A stretch of 20,000 bases of DNA from sequence record DRR723986_1348; one strand, given 5' to 3'. Positions 16,924-20,000 of this stretch are shown piece by piece. Below the pieces are notes generated by a model. That model made no database searches. It had not been told where the DNA came from and saw nothing but the letters and a program-made list of their open reading frames with translations. A program made the translations under genes and the position numbers. How positions within the stretch are numbered: position 1 is the first letter of the stretch; each line of letters opens with the position of its first letter.

Positions 16924-18627
16924 ATGGACGCAGCATTCTGGGACGGCCTCCGCGCGCCGGGTATTCCAAATACCGTAGATACTGAAGCCTACAACAATGT
17001 GCTGGAAATCATCGAGCAGGCCTTTGCCGAGCACGCCCAGCGCCCTGCTTTTACGGGCATCAATCACACATTGAGTTACGCCGAGATTGATCAACTTAGC
17101 GACGCTTTCTGCCGCTACCTTCAGCACAACACCAATCTTAAACCCGGCGACCGCATTGCCATCCAAATGGCCAACCTGTTGCAGTACCCCGTGGTGATTT
17201 ACGGTGCGCTGCGCGCTGGCTTGGTGGTGGTGAATACCAACCCGCTCTACACCGCCAGGGAAATGCGTCATCAATTTAAAGACTCGGGCGCCAAGGCGCT
17301 GATCTTCATGAGCACATTTGGTGACAGCGTCGCAGAAGTCATCGCCGACACCGACATTGAAACGGTGATTGTCACCAATCTCGGTGACCTGCTGCCCACC
17401 GGTAAACGCCTGCTGTTCAACTTTGTTGCCAAGCACGTGAAGAAGATGGTGCCAAGCTACCACCTGCCACAACAACTGCAGCTGCGCGACGTGTTAGCAC
17501 AAGGCAAAAAAGCGCCGGCACGCCAACCCGTTTCGCCCAAGCGCGACGACTTGGCCATGTTGCAGTACACCGGTGGTACGACCGGCGCAGCAAAAGGTGC
17601 AATGCTCAGCCACGGAAATTTGGTGGCCAATATGATGCAAATAAACGGCATTCTGGAGCAGCACAACGAACACGGACAGCCGCTGTTTGATAAAACCAAA
17701 AGCGAGAACATCGTTGCGCCGCTGCCGCTGTACCATATTTATGCGTTCTCCATGCACCTAATGTCAGCGGCATATAATGGCCAGCACAATATTCTTATCG
17801 CTAACCCACGCGACGCAAACACCTTTGTGCGCGCGCTCAAGCCCTGGAAAATCAACGTCTTCATTGGCCTCAACACGCTGTTTGTTTCGCTGCTCAAACA
17901 CCCCGAGTTCCGCAAGCTCGACTTCAGCGGGCTGAAGGCCACGAACTCAGGTGGCACAGCATTGGTTCCCGACACGGCGAGCCGCTGGCGCGAACTCACC
18001 GGCTGCAATATTGGTGAAGGCTATGGCCTGACAGAGTGCTCGCCGGTGGTTAGCGCCAGTGGCGCAGGCGCCTTCATTAACCCCGAATCAGTGGGGCTAC
18101 CGGTACCCAACACCGCCCTGAAAACCGTCGATAGCGACGGCAACGAAACGGCGTTGGGCGAACCGGGAGAGCTGTGCGTGAAAGGACCACAAGTCATGCA
18201 GGGCTATTGGCAACGCCCGGATGCCACCGCCGAGGTTATCGATGAAGACGGCTGGTTCCACACCGGTGATATCGCCACCATCGACGAGCAGGGTATTGTG
18301 CGCATCGTCGACCGCCTCAAAGACATGGTGCTGGTATCAGGCTTTAACGTCTTCCCCAATGAAATCGAGAACGTGGTACTCGAGCACCCTCAGGTGGAAC
18401 TGGCTGCGGCCATTGGTGTGAAAGACGAAAAAACCGGCGAGGCCGTCAAATTGTTTGTGGTGCCCACCGACCCAACGCTGACGAAAGAAACCCTGCTGAG
18501 CTATTGCCGGGAACAGCTAACCGCCTACAAAATTCCTAAGTACATCGAGTTTCGCGACGAGCTACCGATGACGCCGGTGGGTAAAGTTCTGCGCAAGGAA
18601 CTGCGCAAAGAAACGGAAGAGGCCTGA
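16924..18627 (+). CDS. fadD: Long-chain-fatty-acid--CoA ligase (FadD-like)
   Basis: AMP-binding LQYTGGTTGAAKGAMLSH, PLPLYHIYAF, EGYGLTECSP, GWFHTGDIA, IVDRLKDM, terminal GKVLRKEL. Confidence 0.93.
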   Translation: MDAAFWDGLRAPGIPNTVDTEAYNNVLEIIEQAFAEHAQRPAFTGINHTLSYAEIDQLSDAFCRYLQHNTNLKPGDRIAIQMANLLQYPVVIYGALRAGLVVVNTNPLYTAREMRHQFKDSGAKALIFMSTFGDSVAEVIADTDIETVIVTNLGDLLPTGKRLLFNFVAKHVKKMVPSYHLPQQLQLRDVLAQGKKAPARQPVSPKRDDLAMLQYTGGTTGAAKGAMLSHGNLVANMMQINGILEQHNEHGQPLFDKTKSENIVAPLPLYHIYAFSMHLMSAAYNGQHNILIANPRDANTFVRALKPWKINVFIGLNTLFVSLLKHPEFRKLDFSGLKATNSGGTALVPDTASRWRELTGCNIGEGYGLTECSPVVSASGAGAFINPESVGLPVPNTALKTVDSDGNETALGEPGELCVKGPQVMQGYWQRPDATAEVIDEDGWFHTGDIATIDEQGIVRIVDRLKDMVLVSGFNVFPNEIENVVLEHPQVELAAAIGVKDEKTGEAVKLFVVPTDPTLTKETLLSYCREQLTAYKIPKYIEFRDELPMTPVGKVLRKELRKETEEA

Positions 18628-18632
18628 CGTTC

Positions 18633-19868
18633 ATGAGCCGCCCACGGGTCTACATTTTAGGGGGAGCGCAAAGTGACTTTGCCAACAACCTCTACCGCAG
18701 TGGCGGTGATATCGCATCGCTTTTTATCCATACGGTTCGGCAGGGGCTCGATGCCTGCGCGCTCGACCCCGCAGACGTAGAGGTGGGACACGTGGGCAAC
18801 TTTGTCTCATCGCTGTTTACCGGCCAGTCTCAACTGGGCGGCTTCTTCGGTCATGTCGATCCCGCTATGGCAACCCTGCCCGCCTCCAGCCACGAGGCGG
18901 CCTGCGCCTCCGGCTCTATGGCGCTGTTTGCGGCAATGGCTGACCTGCAGGCCGAGCGCTACGGCGTTGCCTGCGTAGTTGGCATCGAAGTTATGCGCAA
19001 TGTGCCCGGGGACGACGCCGCCAACAATCTGCGCCCCGCCGCCTGGGCGAGTCAGGAATGGCAGGACACACCCTATGTGTGGCCCTGCGCCTTCGACAAT
19101 ATGATTGATGAGTACCAACAGAGATACGGCCTGGATAAACAGCACCTCTACGCCATTGCCCAGCAAAATTTTGACAACGCCAAGCTCAACCCCAATGCCC
19201 AAAGCCGGAACTGGCAGTTTGGCCCGGACAGCTTCAGCGACGACGACACCGCTAACCCAAGGATCAGTGGCAATATTCGTCGCCAGGACTGTGGACAAAT
19301 TACCGACGGAGCAGCTGTGGTGTTTCTGGCCAGCGAACAGCGCGCAAGGGACTATGCCAAGCAGCGCGGTATCGCCCTGGAGTCGCTGCCGTATATCAAG
19401 GGCTGGGGCCATATCAATGCCCCCATCGCCTTCGCCGAAAAACTGCGCTTGGGCGCAGGCCAGCCGGCCATCTTCCCGCATATACAGCAATTGTTCTCCC
19501 AAACCCTGCAACGGGCAGGCATGACAAGTATCAACGACGTCGACGGCCTGGAAGTGCACGACTGCTTCAGCATCACCGAATATATGATTATCGACCACTG
19601 CGGTCTGTATTCGCCGGGGGAAGCGTGGAAAGCCATTGAAAATGGCGATATCGCCCCCGGCGGCAAGCTGCCGGTGAACATGAGTGGCGGATTAATCGGC
19701 CTCGGGCACCCGGTTGGGGCCACCGGAGTACGCATGGCATTGGACGCCAGCAAACAGGTTCGTCAGACCGCCGGCGGCTACCAAATAGCGGGAGCCAAAA
19801 ACATCATGACCTTCAACCTCGGCGGCAGCGCAACCACCTGCGCCAGCCTAATTATCGGTCGTGACTAG
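18633..19868 (+). CDS. Thiolase-family protein, SCP2-thiolase type
   Basis: Nucleophile motif HEAACASG, EVHDCF (SCP2-type rather than NEAF), GHPVGATG, and a C-terminal FNLGGSA without the canonical CxG. Confidence 0.9.
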   Translation: MSRPRVYILGGAQSDFANNLYRSGGDIASLFIHTVRQGLDACALDPADVEVGHVGNFVSSLFTGQSQLGGFFGHVDPAMATLPASSHEAACASGSMALFAAMADLQAERYGVACVVGIEVMRNVPGDDAANNLRPAAWASQEWQDTPYVWPCAFDNMIDEYQQRYGLDKQHLYAIAQQNFDNAKLNPNAQSRNWQFGPDSFSDDDTANPRISGNIRRQDCGQITDGAAVVFLASEQRARDYAKQRGIALESLPYIKGWGHINAPIAFAEKLRLGAGQPAIFPHIQQLFSQTLQRAGMTSINDVDGLEVHDCFSITEYMIIDHCGLYSPGEAWKAIENGDIAPGGKLPVNMSGGLIGLGHPVGATGVRMALDASKQVRQTAGGYQIAGAKNIMTFNLGGSATTCASLIIGRD

Positions 19869-19876
19869 CGGCTATA

Positions 19877-19905
19877 TTGAGCAGGCGATAGCGCTTTGAT
19901 ATAGT
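19877..19905 (+). promoter_or_regulatory. sigma70 promoter of tRNA-Pro
   Basis: TTGAGC (19877-19882), 17-bp spacer, TATAGT (19900-19905), about 35 nt before the tRNA. Confidence 0.7.
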
Positions 19906-19939
19906 TATTCGCCTCGTCGTTGCCACGCGATTATGCACT

Positions 19940-20000
19940 CGGAATGTAGCTCAGCTTGGTAGAGCACTGCCTTCGGGAGGCAGGGGTCGGAGGTTCGAAT
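19940..20000 (+). tRNA. proK: tRNA-Pro(CGG), 3'-truncated by the window edge
   Basis: 5' CGGAATG, D arm GCTCAGCTTGGTAGAGC, anticodon arm CTGCC-TTCGGGA-GGCAG (anticodon CGG at 19974-19976), T arm GGAGGTTCGAAT. Confidence 0.96.

Noticed and set aside
16546-17475. 309-aa minus-strand ORF
   Set aside because: It is antisense to CCO and fadD, has no motifs, and is a typical GC-rich shadow frame.
18807-19598. 263-aa minus-strand ORF
   Set aside because: It lies wholly antisense to the thiolase with no independent support.
1158-19868. Functional link between the heme operon and the Fe-dependent CCO cluster
   Set aside because: They are separate transcription units with intervening genes, and no Fur box was seen in the CCO cluster. 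Adjacency alone is not evidence.
19940-20000. tRNA-Pro as integration site of a genomic island covering this window
   Set aside because: No integrase or att-like duplicate was seen, and the window lies 5' of the tRNA whereas islands normally insert at the 3' end.

Overview
Gammaproteobacterial chromosomal window, with gene content resembling marine Cellvibrionales/Spongiibacteraceae (inference only). From left to right: (1) the 3' part of an ABC-F ATPase (ybiT-like); (2) a complete, tightly coupled minus-strand heme-uptake operon (hemP-hmuR-tonB-hmuS-exbB-exbD-hmuT-hmuU-hmuV) with a clear sigma70 promoter overlapped by a Fur box; (3) a divergent GreA/Rnk C-terminal-domain gene followed by a 29-aa Lys/Arg-rich microprotein absent from the ORF track; (4) a roughly 10-kb divergent cluster. 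Its left arm holds a tandem-HxlR regulator, a beta-propeller lipoprotein, a DUF1295 (steroid 5-alpha-reductase-like) membrane protein and a second TonB-dependent receptor. Its right arm holds a carotenoid-oxygenase-family dioxygenase, an acyl-CoA ligase and an SCP2-type thiolase; (5) a truncated tRNA-Pro(CGG). The best candidate for an undescribed system is cluster (4), an apparent uptake-and-catabolism unit for a lipophilic C=C-containing substrate. From recalled sequences, not a search, its oxygenase/thiolase pair resembles the uncharacterised M. tuberculosis Rv0913c/Rv0914c pair. No CRISPR array, integrase or IS element was seen.
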